This document shows, piece by piece, positions 1 through 8,758 of a stretch of DNA of 32,000 nt (the stretch's first letter is position 1; each line of letters begins with the position of its first letter). The notes below the pieces were generated by a model. It had not been told where the DNA came from. It saw nothing but the letters and a program-made list of their open reading frames with translations, and did not search any database. Origin of the DNA: Mesorhizobium sp. YM1C-6-2 (GTDB lineage Bacteria > Pseudomonadota > Alphaproteobacteria > Rhizobiales > Rhizobiaceae); NCBI RefSeq assembly GCF_003666685.1, contig NZ_RCIZ01000013.1, forward strand, positions 97,507 to 129,506, in the 5' to 3' direction. A program made the translations under genes and the position numbers.

Positions 1-143
1 GCGCCGGCATCGCCATACGCAAGGGCGAGACCGACCTGGTCAACAAGTTCAACGACGCCATCAAGGCGATCCGTGCCAACGGAAAATACAAGGAAATCAA
101 CGACAAATACTTCAGCTTCGACGTATACGGCGCCGAAAGCTGA
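1..143 (+). CDS. 3' end of a periplasmic polar-amino-acid-binding protein gene (ABC transporter SBP, HisJ/ArgT-like); partial, enters from the left edge
   Basis: Frame 3 reads without stops ...AGIAIRKGETDLVNKFNDAIKAIRANGKYKEINDKYFSFDVYGAES, with TGA at 141-143. This C-terminal pattern is typical of family-3 SBPs. It lies directly upstream of two HisQ/HisM-type permease genes. It is absent from the ORF track because it is truncated. Confidence 0.6.
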   Translation, partial: AGIAIRKGETDLVNKFNDAIKAIRANGKYKEINDKYFSFDVYGAES

Positions 144-150
144 TTGATCT

Positions 151-187
151 GGGAGGCGGTCGTCTCAGCGCGTCCGCCTCCCGTTTT
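151..187 (+). terminator. Putative rho-independent terminator or attenuating hairpin after the binding-protein gene
   Basis: GGGAGGCGG (151-159) pairs perfectly with CCGCCTCCC (174-182) around a 14-nt loop, followed by GTTTT (183-187). The hairpin begins 8 nt after the stop codon. Confidence 0.45.
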
Positions 188-220
188 GGCTGAAAGCCGA
201 AAACGGAGCCGCCCAGCCTG

Positions 221-934
221 ATGAAGAGCATCTGGACTCTGCTGAGTTGGGGCTCTGAAGGATGGCTCGACGAAATAGCCTACGGCGTCTTCGTCACCGT
301 CTCGCTGGCCGCGGCGACCCTGCCGTTCGGATTGCTGATTGGCTTTTTCGTTGCCGTTGCCAAGCAATCCAGCGAACCGTCGCTGCGACTGGCGGGAAAC
401 ATCTACACGACCATCTTCCGCGGGCTGCCGGAACTCGTCACGCTTTTCCTGGTCTATTACGGCGCGCAGATCGGCATCCAGGCGCTGATCCGGACGATCC
501 AGCCGGGCGCGACCGTCGACATAAACAGCTTCATCTCCGGCATGGTTGCCCTCGGTGTCGTGTTTTCGGCCTATGTCAGCGAGGTGTTCCTGTCGGCCTT
601 CCGCGCCATACCACGCGGACAATATGAAGGCGGCTACGCGATCGGTCTGACCAAGGGGCAGACGATGCGGCTGGTGGTGCTGCCGCAGTTGATCCGCATT
701 GCACTGCCCGGCCTCGCCAATCTGTGGCTCATCCTTCTCAAGGATACCGCGCTCGTCTCGGCGATCGGCCTCAACGACATTCTGCGCTGGACAGGCGTGG
801 CTGCACGTGTCGAACGCGAGCCCTTTGTCTTCTACAGCTTCGCGATCCTGATCTACCTTGTGCTGACGATCATTTCTTCGTTCGGCATCAACAAGATAGA
901 GCGATCGGTCGGTGAGCGGGAGCCGGCACGATGA
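221..934 (+). CDS. ABC transporter permease, polar amino acid type (HisQ-like)
   Basis: 237-aa ORF with several hydrophobic spans. It has an EAA-type loop, SEVFLSAFRAIPRGQYEGGYAIGLTKGQTMRLVVLPQLIRIALPG. Its stop overlaps the next start (ATGA at 931-934). Confidence 0.9.
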   Translation: MKSIWTLLSWGSEGWLDEIAYGVFVTVSLAAATLPFGLLIGFFVAVAKQSSEPSLRLAGNIYTTIFRGLPELVTLFLVYYGAQIGIQALIRTIQPGATVDINSFISGMVALGVVFSAYVSEVFLSAFRAIPRGQYEGGYAIGLTKGQTMRLVVLPQLIRIALPGLANLWLILLKDTALVSAIGLNDILRWTGVAARVEREPFVFYSFAILIYLVLTIISSFGINKIERSVGEREPAR

Positions 935-1755
935 GCACCAGCCCGGTTGCAGTCGAATTGGCTCCGCCCGCGCCGCCGCGCGGTTGGCCGCGGGAGCGCG
1001 TCATCGGCTACCTTCTGGTCGGACTTTGGATCCTCGCCGGTATCGGCATGCTGGCCTACCTGGCGGCCGTCTGGAACCCCGCCTGGTTCGAGAAATACAT
1101 CCCGACCTATATCTCCGGCCTGAAGGTGACCATGTCGCTGGTGGTCGTCTCGACGGTCCTCGGCGCGATCGTATCGCTGCCGGTCGCCTACGCGCGGATG
1201 TCGAAGAACAGGATCCTGTCGGCGCTCGGCTACGGCTACGTCTACTTCTTTCGCGGCACGCCGCTCCTGGCGCAGACATTCCTGATCTACTACGGCGTCG
1301 GTTCCTTCAGGCCGCAACTGGAAGCGGTCGGCCTGTGGCCGTTCTTCCGCGAGGCCTGGTACTGCGCGGTCCTGGCTTTCACTCTGAACACCTCCGCCTA
1401 TCAGGCCGAAATCCTGCGCGGCGCGATACAAAGCGTTCCGCGTGGGCAGTGGGAGGGCGCGGCCTCCCTTGGCCTGCACAAGCTGCAGACGCTGTGGAAA
1501 GTGATCCTGCCGCAGGCGCTGATCGTGGCGCTCAGGCCCTACGGCAACGAAGTGATCCTGCTGATCAAGGGCTCCGCAGTGGTTGCGCTCATCACAGTCG
1601 CCGACCTGATGGGCGAGACACGGCTCGCCTTTTCGCGCAGCTTCGACTTCCAGTCCTACATCTGGGCGGCGATCATCTACTTGGCGCTGGTCGAGACGCT
1701 GCGCAACGGCATCGAATGGATCGAGCGGCGCATCACGGTCCATCTTCATCGCTGA
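931..1755 (+). CDS. ABC transporter permease, polar amino acid type (HisM-like)
   Basis: 274-aa ORF with an EAA-type loop, SAYQAEILRGAIQSVPRGQWEGAASLGLHKLQTLWKVILPQAL. It is translationally coupled to the upstream permease. Confidence 0.9.
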   Translation: MSTSPVAVELAPPAPPRGWPRERVIGYLLVGLWILAGIGMLAYLAAVWNPAWFEKYIPTYISGLKVTMSLVVVSTVLGAIVSLPVAYARMSKNRILSALGYGYVYFFRGTPLLAQTFLIYYGVGSFRPQLEAVGLWPFFREAWYCAVLAFTLNTSAYQAEILRGAIQSVPRGQWEGAASLGLHKLQTLWKVILPQALIVALRPYGNEVILLIKGSAVVALITVADLMGETRLAFSRSFDFQSYIWAAIIYLALVETLRNGIEWIERRITVHLHR

Positions 1756-1812
1756 CTCCAATCCATTGAAGCTTTGCGCTAAGGAAGCCGGACCACCGGA
1801 CTGAAAGGATTC

Positions 1813-2688
1813 ATGAAAATGGCATCGGTTGCTTTCCTTGGACTTGGCGTGATGGGCTATCCTATGGCCGGACACCTGAAGAAGAAGGGCGGCCACGACG
1901 TCACCGTCTACAACCGAACCACCGCCAAGGCCGAGAAATGGGCAGCCGAACATGGCGGCGCCTTCGCCAGGACGCCGGCCGAGGCTGCAGAGGGCAAGGA
2001 CTTCGTCTTCACCTGCGTCGGCAATGACGACGACCTGCGCTCCGTCACCGTCGGCGCCGAAGGCTGCTTCCAGTCGATGAAGAAGGGCTCGACCTATATC
2101 GACAACACCACTGCTTCCGCCGAAGTCGCGCGGGAACTCGCCGAAAAGGCTGAGGCAGGCGGCTTTGCGGCGCTCGACGCGCCGGTCTCCGGCGGACAGG
2201 CCGGCGCAGAGAACGGCGTATTGACCGTGATGGTCGGCGGCGATGAGCAGACATTCGACAAGGCCAGGCCGGTGATCGAGGCCTATGCGAGGATGGTCGG
2301 CCTGATGGGACCGGCGGGCGCCGGTCAGCTCACCAAGATGATCAACCAGATAGCCATCGCCGGCCTGGTGCAGGGGCTGGCTGAGGGTCTGCATTTCGGC
2401 CGCAAGGCCGGGCTGGACCTCGAAAAGGTGGTCGAGGTCATCTCCAAGGGCGCGGCAGGCTCCTGGCAGATGGAGAACCGGCACAAGACGATGATCGCAG
2501 GCAAGTATGATTTCGGCTTCGCCGTCGACTGGATGCGCAAGGACCTCGGCATCTGCCTCGAAGAGGCCGACCGCAACGGAGCGAGGCTGCCGGTCACCGC
2601 GCTGGTCGATCAGTTCTACAAGGAAGTGCAGCAGATAGGCGGCAGCCGCTGGGATACGTCTTCCCTCCTGGCTCGTCTCGAGCGCTGA
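1813..2688 (+). CDS. NAD(P)-dependent beta-hydroxyacid dehydrogenase (3-hydroxyisobutyrate dehydrogenase / GarR family)
   Basis: 291 aa. N-terminal Rossmann motif VAFLGLGVMGYPMAGHL, then YIDNTT, DAPVSGG and a conserved C-terminal helical domain. GAAAGGA lies upstream of the ATG. Confidence 0.85.
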   Translation: MKMASVAFLGLGVMGYPMAGHLKKKGGHDVTVYNRTTAKAEKWAAEHGGAFARTPAEAAEGKDFVFTCVGNDDDLRSVTVGAEGCFQSMKKGSTYIDNTTASAEVARELAEKAEAGGFAALDAPVSGGQAGAENGVLTVMVGGDEQTFDKARPVIEAYARMVGLMGPAGAGQLTKMINQIAIAGLVQGLAEGLHFGRKAGLDLEKVVEVISKGAAGSWQMENRHKTMIAGKYDFGFAVDWMRKDLGICLEEADRNGARLPVTALVDQFYKEVQQIGGSRWDTSSLLARLER

Positions 2689-2752
2689 GAGCATCGGGGC
2701 CGAAAGTGGAAACCGGCAGTCGGGATGTTCCGATGCGCGACCGGAGCTTCCA

Positions 2753-3469
2753 ATGACCGCTGAACTCTCGCCATCCTTCACCGCCGCCGAGGTGATCGCG
2801 TATCTGCGCTCGCTCGGCTCGGAGGAGAAGCGGCAGGGCATGCGGCGCTACGGAATCAGGATCGACCGGACGCTCGGCATCTCGCATGGCGTGCAGCGCG
2901 ACATCGCCAGGAAGATCAAGCGCAACCACGAGCGCGCCTTCGAACTCTGGGAGTCAGGCATCACCGAGGCGCAGTTCATCGCGTCGGTGACCGCCGACCC
3001 CAGGCGCTTCACCAAGGCGGATGCGCGGCGATGGGCGGGCGAGTTCGATTCCTGGGACATCGTCGACGGCGTGTCCGACCTCTTCGTCGAGACCGATCAC
3101 TGGCGCGAGCTGATCGAGGAATTCGCTGCCGACGATCGCGAGTTCGTCCGGCGCACGGCTTTCGCGATGATCGCCTGGTCGGTGGTGCATCGGAAGAAGG
3201 AGCCGAACGAGACTTTCCTCGCCTTCCTGCCGCTGATCGAGACGCATGCAAACGACGAGCGCAACTTCGTGAAGAAGGGCGTGAACTGGGCGCTGCGCTC
3301 GATTGGCAAGCGCAACGCGAAGCTCAACGCGGAAGCGCTTGCGCTATCGGAACGACTGGCAGCCACGGACGACCGCACGGCGCGCTGGATCGGCAAGGAC
3401 GCGATCCGCGACCTTACCGGCCCAAAGACTCTGGCGAGGCTCGAAAAGCAGGCCGCGAACAAGCGCTAA
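2753..3469 (+). CDS. DNA alkylation repair protein (AlkD-like HEAT-repeat family)
   Basis: 238 aa. The pattern ...MRRYGI...LGISHGVQRDIARKI...ELWESG..EAQFIAS...NFVKKGVNWALRSIGKRN is characteristic of the DNA alkylation repair enzyme family. Confidence 0.8.
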   Translation: MTAELSPSFTAAEVIAYLRSLGSEEKRQGMRRYGIRIDRTLGISHGVQRDIARKIKRNHERAFELWESGITEAQFIASVTADPRRFTKADARRWAGEFDSWDIVDGVSDLFVETDHWRELIEEFAADDREFVRRTAFAMIAWSVVHRKKEPNETFLAFLPLIETHANDERNFVKKGVNWALRSIGKRNAKLNAEALALSERLAATDDRTARWIGKDAIRDLTGPKTLARLEKQAANKR

Positions 3470-3519
3470 TCATTCCAGGGGCAATCGGCTTTCCGTCCTG
3501 AGTTTGCAGCAACAGAAAG

Positions 3520-4020
3520 TCAGATTCCCGCGCCGGCGTGAACATTGCCGTCCTTCTCGACCATCATGTAGTCGAGCGGCATTTCGGTCGTGTATTTGAT
3601 CTGCTCCATCGCGAAGGACGACGACACGTCGCGGATCTCGATCTTGGCGATGAGACGCTTGTAGAAGGCGTCGTAGGCGGCGATGTCAGGCACCACGACG
3701 CGCAGCAGATAGTCGACATCGCCGCTCATGCGGTAGAACTCGACCACCTCGGGAAAGTCCTGGATCACCTCCGAGAAGCGCCGCAGCCATTCGTGGCTAT
3801 GCACATTGGTGCGGATCGACACGAAGACGGTGACCCGGGCATTGATCTTTGCCGGGTCGAGGATAGCCACGCGGCGCTTGATGACGCCCTCTTCCTCCAG
3901 CTTCTGGATGCGCCGCCAGCAGGGCGTCGTCGACAGGCCCACTTTCTTCGCGACGTCGGCGACGGCGAGCGTGGCGTCTTCCTGCAGCAGGCGCAGGATC
4001 TTGCGGTCAAGGCGGTCCAT
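3520..4020 (-). CDS. Lrp/AsnC family transcriptional regulator
   Basis: MDRLDRKILRLLQEDATLAVADVAKKVGLSTTPCWRRIQKLEEEGVI is an HTH_AsnC motif, followed by a RAM/AsnC_trans_reg domain. I chose the ATG at 4020 (GGAG 7-10 nt upstream) over the TTG at 4032 given in the ORF track. Confidence 0.9.
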   Translation of the reverse strand: MDRLDRKILRLLQEDATLAVADVAKKVGLSTTPCWRRIQKLEEEGVIKRRVAILDPAKINARVTVFVSIRTNVHSHEWLRRFSEVIQDFPEVVEFYRMSGDVDYLLRVVVPDIAAYDAFYKRLIAKIEIRDVSSSFAMEQIKYTTEMPLDYMMVEKDGNVHAGAGI

Positions 4021-4126
4021 AGGAAGCTCCAACAGGAAATTTCGCCTATTTTCCCGATATTCCCAGCATAAAACAAGAAAGGAATTCTCTAAACACCTTA
4101 AACGGCGAGTATTATTTGCTCGTCAT

Positions 4127-4744
4127 TCAGCCAAGGCGGCTCCGAATTTCCGTTTTCAAGAAAGGCAGCAAATCCATTTCAAACCAGGGATGCTTCTTCA
4201 GCCAGCTTGTGTTGCGCCAGGAGGGATGCGGCAGCGGCAGCACGACCGGCCGCGACGGCGCGGCAAAAATCTCGCGCCAGTTCATCACGGTTTCGGTAAG
4301 CGATCCGCGCCGCGTCTCGCCCATATGCCAGGCTTGGGCATAGAGGCCGATCGTCAGCACCAGTTCGATCTGCGGCATCGCCGCCATCAGCGGCTTGCGC
4401 CATGCCGGGGCGCATTCGCGGCGCGGCGGCAGGTCGGCGCCCCTGGCGTCCTGGCCCGGGAAGCAGAAGCCCATAGGCACGATGGCGAACTTCTTGGGGT
4501 CGTAGAACTCGTCCGGCGTGACGCCCAGCCAACTGCGCAGCCGGTCGCCCGACGCATCGGTGAAGGGTCTGCCGGAAAGATGCACCTTGGTGCCCGGCGC
4601 CTGGCTGGCGATCAGGATCCGCGCCTGCGAGGACGGCTGAAGTACCGGTCGCGGCTCGTGCGGCAGCGGCTTTCCGACCGGCTGCTCGACACAAATCCTG
4701 CAAGCGCGGATCCGCCGCGTTATGTCGTCCAGGCTCTCTGACAT
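4127..4744 (-). CDS. Uracil-DNA glycosylase superfamily protein (family 4/5-like, four-Cys type)
   Basis: The internal ATG at 4744 gives 205 aa: MSESLDDITRRIRACRIC...ILIASQAPGTKVH...GFCFPGQDARGADLPPRRECAP. The xxAPG motif and the C-x2-C ... C-x16-C cysteines match Fe-S UDG families. The upstream part of the 315-aa track ORF is Arg/Ala-rich and overlaps the GST gene. Confidence 0.8.
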   Translation of the reverse strand: MSESLDDITRRIRACRICVEQPVGKPLPHEPRPVLQPSSQARILIASQAPGTKVHLSGRPFTDASGDRLRSWLGVTPDEFYDPKKFAIVPMGFCFPGQDARGADLPPRRECAPAWRKPLMAAMPQIELVLTIGLYAQAWHMGETRRGSLTETVMNWREIFAAPSRPVVLPLPHPSWRNTSWLKKHPWFEMDLLPFLKTEIRSRLG

Positions 4745-4746
4745 GA

Positions 4747-5358
4747 TCAGGCCGATGCGCTCGGCCGGGCAGCCAGCGCGCCATGCCAGCGCGTCACATT
4801 GGTGAGTTCGGGGGGCACGCTGATGCGCGCCGGCTTCATGAAGTCGATCGCTACCAGTCCGGTGATGTCGGCGATGGAGAACGCGTCGCCGGCGGCGAAT
4901 TCGCGCAGCGACAGTTCGGCGTCGAGCAGGACGAGGAAGTCGAGCGCCTTGGACTTGTTGGCCTCGCCCCACTCCGGCACCTGCGGCTTTTCCCATTCCT
5001 TCATCGCCGGGTGGACGTGCCGGAAGGCATGACTGACGGGCTGAAAGAGATTGAACTCGATCCGGCGCTGCCACATCTCGACCTTCGCCTTGCCGAGCGC
5101 GCCGCGCCCGAACAGCGGCGGTTCGGGCTGCAATTCGTCGAAGTAGCGGCAGATCGCGACCGACTCGGTGAGTACGGTGCGATCGTCCAGTTCGAGCACT
5201 GGCAGACGCTGCAGCGGATTGCGCGAGGTCACCTCGCCGCCGCGATGCTCCATCGCGCCCATGTCCACGGGGACAAGTGGCACCGAAATGCCCTTCTCGG
5301 CGAGGAAAATACGCACACGGCGCGGATTGGGCGCCCGGCCTCCATCATAAAGCTTCAT
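4747..5358 (-). CDS. Glutathione S-transferase family protein
   Basis: The ATG at 5358 gives 203 aa: MKLYDGGRAPNPRRVRIFLAEKGI...NPLQRLPVLELDDRTVLTESVAICRYFDE (thioredoxin-like GST N-domain) plus a helical C-domain. Its stop lies 2 nt before the UDG start. Confidence 0.85.
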   Translation of the reverse strand: MKLYDGGRAPNPRRVRIFLAEKGISVPLVPVDMGAMEHRGGEVTSRNPLQRLPVLELDDRTVLTESVAICRYFDELQPEPPLFGRGALGKAKVEMWQRRIEFNLFQPVSHAFRHVHPAMKEWEKPQVPEWGEANKSKALDFLVLLDAELSLREFAAGDAFSIADITGLVAIDFMKPARISVPPELTNVTRWHGALAARPSASA

Positions 5359-5380
5359 GCACCGACATATAGCGCGGGCG

Positions 5381-6001
5381 TCACCAAAACCGAAGTACCT
5401 GGCGCAGCCAATCGATGATGCTGCCGGGCGACATATGCTCGCTCTCCACCATGCCGCCATGCATCTCGCGCCAGTCGCGCGGACGATCGAACGAGCCGGC
5501 CCAGAGCCCCGCACCGTTTTGGCGTGCGGCGGCCTCCTCCGCGCGATAGTCGCCGTAAGCCACCGCCCAGCCGGCTTCCACTTGGCTGCGGTTGAGATCG
5601 CGCCCGCCGGCCGTGCAGGTGGCAAGCAACCGGTCGTACTTGTCGCGCTCCCAGCCGGAGCACGACACCGGCTGGCCGCCGATCAGCGTCGAGAGCGAGT
5701 CGCGGGCTCGACGGCCACAGGGATAATCGGTTCCGTCGCTGCGGCAGGTCTGGCCATATTCCGGCGCATCTATGCCGCGCAGTCGGATGCGTTCAGTTCC
5801 GATCGTCAGTGAATCGCCGTCATTGACGACGACACGGCCTTCGAGGGTGCGTGTCTCGGTCCGGTCGAGCCTTGCAGCCAGAACGACGAGAAGTCCAAGG
5901 ATCGCGAAGGTGAGCAGCCAGTCCCAGGCCCTCCGCCAACGGCTGCGCGGACGCGCGACGCGGCCGCCCCGGCTGCGCCTGGCCGGGCGCATTCTCATCA
6001 T
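5381..6001 (-). CDS. Membrane-anchored thermonuclease (staphylococcal nuclease/SNase-like) family protein
   Basis: 206 aa. An Arg-rich N-terminus is followed by a TM helix (WLLTFAILGLLVVLAA) and then an SNase-like core: VVVNDGDSLTIG..RIRLRGIDAPE...DKYDRLLATC...DLNRSQVEAGWAVAY. Confidence 0.8.
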   Translation of the reverse strand: MMRMRPARRSRGGRVARPRSRWRRAWDWLLTFAILGLLVVLAARLDRTETRTLEGRVVVNDGDSLTIGTERIRLRGIDAPEYGQTCRSDGTDYPCGRRARDSLSTLIGGQPVSCSGWERDKYDRLLATCTAGGRDLNRSQVEAGWAVAYGDYRAEEAAARQNGAGLWAGSFDRPRDWREMHGGMVESEHMSPGSIIDWLRQVLRFW

Positions 6002-6079
6002 ATGGCAAACAATGTCTTAATGATTCCGCCGTAGCCTTGCGCAGACATGCTTGTGGTGCTTGCGTAAGTTGAAGTTTTC

Positions 6080-7600
6080 ATGCCGTTGCTAAGTCCAAAC
6101 ACGGCCGACAAGATCATTGTGGACCGCAGGAAACCGCATCGCAACAGCGACGTGGCGCGTGCGGTGCGCAGGACACGCGACCAGCTTACACACCGGCCTG
6201 GCAACCTCACCTTCGACCGGGAACTTCTGAAGCTCCACGCACGCGCTACGGCGCGCGTCGCCCTGGCGGTGCCTATCCTGGTTCTGGCCATCGCATTCGC
6301 CGGCTTTTCCCTCCACATGAAGGACGAGATCGTCACCTGGACGATCGTCGCCCTGGCCGGCTATTCGGCTCTGGCGGTGGTTGCCCGCAGCACGGATCGC
6401 ACGGAGGCATCGCGTCTCGACGTGAACGCGACGCGGCTCAACTTCCTCGTCGCGCATTTCGTCAGCGGCCTCGGCTGGATCTATTTCGCACTGATGCGCT
6501 GCGCTTCCTGCCAGGTGGACGACTTCACGGTCGTCAAGGGCATCGTGCTTCTGCTCGCCATCGCCGCGACCGCGCTGATTGCCTCTTCGTTGCGCGGAGC
6601 TCTGTCGGCGACCTTCGCTCTGCCCGTGGCCTCCTATGTCTTCCTGACGGAACATAGCTGGACGGTGGTGGAGATCATGGTGACGGCGCTGCTCGTCATG
6701 TCGCTGCCGCTCTTTGCCTATGTCGCAGGGCAGATGAACCGCGCCTCCCTGACGCTCCTCTCCTTCCGCTCGGAAAAGGACGCGCTGATCGCCGAGGTCG
6801 ACACGGCGAAATCGATGTCCGACGAGGCGCGGCACCGCGCCGAAGAGGCCAACCTCGCCAAGTCGCGTTTCCTAGCGTCGATGAGTCACGAATTGAGAAC
6901 CCCGCTCAACGCCATACTCGGCTTTTCGGAGGTGATGGGCAACGAGGTCCTCGGCCCGATGGAGAACGACACCTATCGCGACTACGCCAAGGACATCCAC
7001 ACCTCGGGTCAACACCTGCTCCATCTGATCAATGAAATCCTCGATCTGTCGCGCATCGAGGCGGGCAGATATCAGCTCAACGAAGAGCCCCTGATCGTGA
7101 CCGGCATCGTCGAGGATTGCTGCCACCTGATGGAGCTCAAGGCACGCAACAAGGACATTCGCATCGTCGAGCAGTTCGAGAACGACCTGCCGAGACTGCT
7201 TGCCGACGAGCGGGCGGTGCGGCAGATCACGCTGAACCTGCTGTCGAACGCCGTGAAGTTCGCCACGCCCGGTACCGAGGTGCTGGTGCGTGTCGGCTGG
7301 ACGGCAGGCGGCGGTCAGTACATCTCGGTGAAAGACACCGGCCCCGGCATACCGGCCGACGAGATTCCCGTCGCCCTGTCGGCTTTTGGCCAGGGTTCGA
7401 TCGCCATCAAGAGCGCCGAACAGGGGACCGGCCTCGGCCTGCCGATCGTCCAGGGCCTTGTCGCATTGCATGGCGGCGAATTCGAGCTGCACTCCAAGCT
7501 GCGCGAGGGGACCGAGGCGATCGCCATATTCCCGCCGTCGCGCGTCATGGAAGCCCTGCCTGCGGTGCCCACCCCGAAAAAGGCCGGCAAGCGGGCCTGA
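6080..7600 (+). CDS. Sensor histidine kinase, polytopic membrane N-terminus; no cognate response regulator adjacent
   Basis: 506 aa. H-box SHELRTPLNAILGFSEVM, N-box LLSNAVKF, G-boxes DTGPGIP and GTGLGLPIV. The first ~220 aa are mostly hydrophobic helices. The exact start is uncertain. Confidence 0.85.
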   Translation: MPLLSPNTADKIIVDRRKPHRNSDVARAVRRTRDQLTHRPGNLTFDRELLKLHARATARVALAVPILVLAIAFAGFSLHMKDEIVTWTIVALAGYSALAVVARSTDRTEASRLDVNATRLNFLVAHFVSGLGWIYFALMRCASCQVDDFTVVKGIVLLLAIAATALIASSLRGALSATFALPVASYVFLTEHSWTVVEIMVTALLVMSLPLFAYVAGQMNRASLTLLSFRSEKDALIAEVDTAKSMSDEARHRAEEANLAKSRFLASMSHELRTPLNAILGFSEVMGNEVLGPMENDTYRDYAKDIHTSGQHLLHLINEILDLSRIEAGRYQLNEEPLIVTGIVEDCCHLMELKARNKDIRIVEQFENDLPRLLADERAVRQITLNLLSNAVKFATPGTEVLVRVGWTAGGGQYISVKDTGPGIPADEIPVALSAFGQGSIAIKSAEQGTGLGLPIVQGLVALHGGEFELHSKLREGTEAIAIFPPSRVMEALPAVPTPKKAGKRA

Positions 7601-7636
7601 ACCGGCCCGCCCGAATGGAGGAACCGGCTCAGGCCC
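7593..7636. terminator. Hairpin between convergent histidine kinase and cobT genes; its stem contains both stop codons
   Basis: GGGCCTGA (7593-7600) pairs with TCAGGCCC (7629-7636). After one mismatch, CCGG (7602-7605) pairs with CCGG (7624-7627). The loop is 18 nt and there is no U-tract. Confidence 0.35.
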
Positions 7637-8627
7637 TGGTTGCCGCCGCCATGCCGGAGCTGAGCAGAGCGGCCGTCCTGACGACGCCGGCGGCAAGTGC
7701 ACTGCCTACCCCCTCTCCATGCGCCAGCCCGAGATCGAGCAGCGGCTGCAATCCGAGCCGTTCGACCGCCCGCGCCAGGCCGGGATCGGTCGGCTTCTGG
7801 GCGATCAGGCATTGGCCGAGAATGGCAGGATTGACGGCGTGCAGCACCGACGCAGCGGCGATGCCGCCGAAGCCGTCGAGGATGACCGGCACCTTCTCGG
7901 CGCGCGCGGCGATGATCGCGCCGGCAATCGCCGCGAATTCGCGCCCGCCGACGCGGCGCAGCACCTCGAACGGGTCCCCTCGGTGGCTGCCATGCAGCGC
8001 GACCGCCGCATCCACCGCCGCGGCCTTGCGCGCCAACATCGCCGCATCGGCGCCAGAGCCCGGCCCAACCCAATCGGCGCCTTCGCCGCCATAGAGCATG
8101 CAGAGGATCGCAGCCGCGACCGTCGAATTGCCCACCCCCAGATCGCCGAGGCAGAGAAGATCGGTGCCGCCCGCGACTGCCTCCATGCCGAACGCCATGG
8201 TCGCCGCGCAGTTGCGCTCGTCGAGCGCCGCTTCTTTCGTGATGTCGCCGGTCGGCAGGTCGAGCGCGAGATCGAAGACCTTCAGCCCGAGATCGTATGA
8301 AAGGCAGATCGGGTTGATCGCCGCACCGCCGGCCGCGCAAAGCTCGACGGCGCGCGCCGTCGCCTCGACCGGGCGCGGCGAGATGCCCTGCCCGGCCACG
8401 CCGTGATTGCCGGCGAAGATCGCGACCAGCGGACGGTTGATCGCCGGCGGTGCGCGACCCGACCATTCGGCCAGCCATGCGGCGACATCCTCCATGCGGC
8501 CGAGCGAGCCGGCCGGCTTTTCCGCCCTGGCGAAGACCGCGCGCACACTGTTCGCCGCCGTCTTGTCGCCACCGGGCAGAGCCTGCATCAAGCTGCGGAA
8601 ATCGTCGAAGGGAAGCGCGCTCGTCAT
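7629..8627 (-). CDS. cobT: Nicotinate-nucleotide--dimethylbenzimidazole phosphoribosyltransferase
   Basis: The ATG at 8627 gives 332 aa: MTSALPFDDFRSLMQALP...AIFAGNHGV...GDLGVGNSTVAAA...VILDGFGGIAAA...GLAHGEGVGSALA, typical of CobT. The 35 codons upstream in the track ORF look non-coding. Confidence 0.9.
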   Translation of the reverse strand: MTSALPFDDFRSLMQALPGGDKTAANSVRAVFARAEKPAGSLGRMEDVAAWLAEWSGRAPPAINRPLVAIFAGNHGVAGQGISPRPVEATARAVELCAAGGAAINPICLSYDLGLKVFDLALDLPTGDITKEAALDERNCAATMAFGMEAVAGGTDLLCLGDLGVGNSTVAAAILCMLYGGEGADWVGPGSGADAAMLARKAAAVDAAVALHGSHRGDPFEVLRRVGGREFAAIAGAIIAARAEKVPVILDGFGGIAAASVLHAVNPAILGQCLIAQKPTDPGLARAVERLGLQPLLDLGLAHGEGVGSALAAGVVRTAALLSSGMAAATRA

Positions 8628-8758
8628 CGGAAACCTGCGGGACCGTATTCTCCGGGGCGGCATAGCCGCGATGGCGCGCCGGCACAATGGCGCGTCGGCC
8701 TCAGGCTTGCATTGGCCTTCGCTCTGTCCCATGTGATGTCGAGCAAACGGAACCCTTG

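Noticed and set aside
853-2841. 662-aa ORF on the minus strand spanning the second permease gene and the dehydrogenase gene
   Set aside because: It is antisense to two well-supported genes. Its translation is Arg/Ala/Gly/Pro-rich low-complexity sequence with no recognisable motif. Long antisense ORFs are expected in GC-rich DNA because stop codons are rare in the complementary frames.
7117-8685. Several 300-456-aa ORFs (7117-8094 +, 7386-8300 +, 7315-8685 -) across the cobT locus
   Set aside because: They are alternative frames or strands of cobT and of the kinase 3' end. Only the 7629-8627 minus frame gives a CobT-like protein.
8628-8758. Cobalamin riboswitch upstream of cobT
   Set aside because: The cobT-DUF1289 divergent gap is only ~131 nt, shorter than typical B12 elements, and I could not find a B12-box-like sequence on the minus strand. 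An Infernal/Rfam scan would be decisive.
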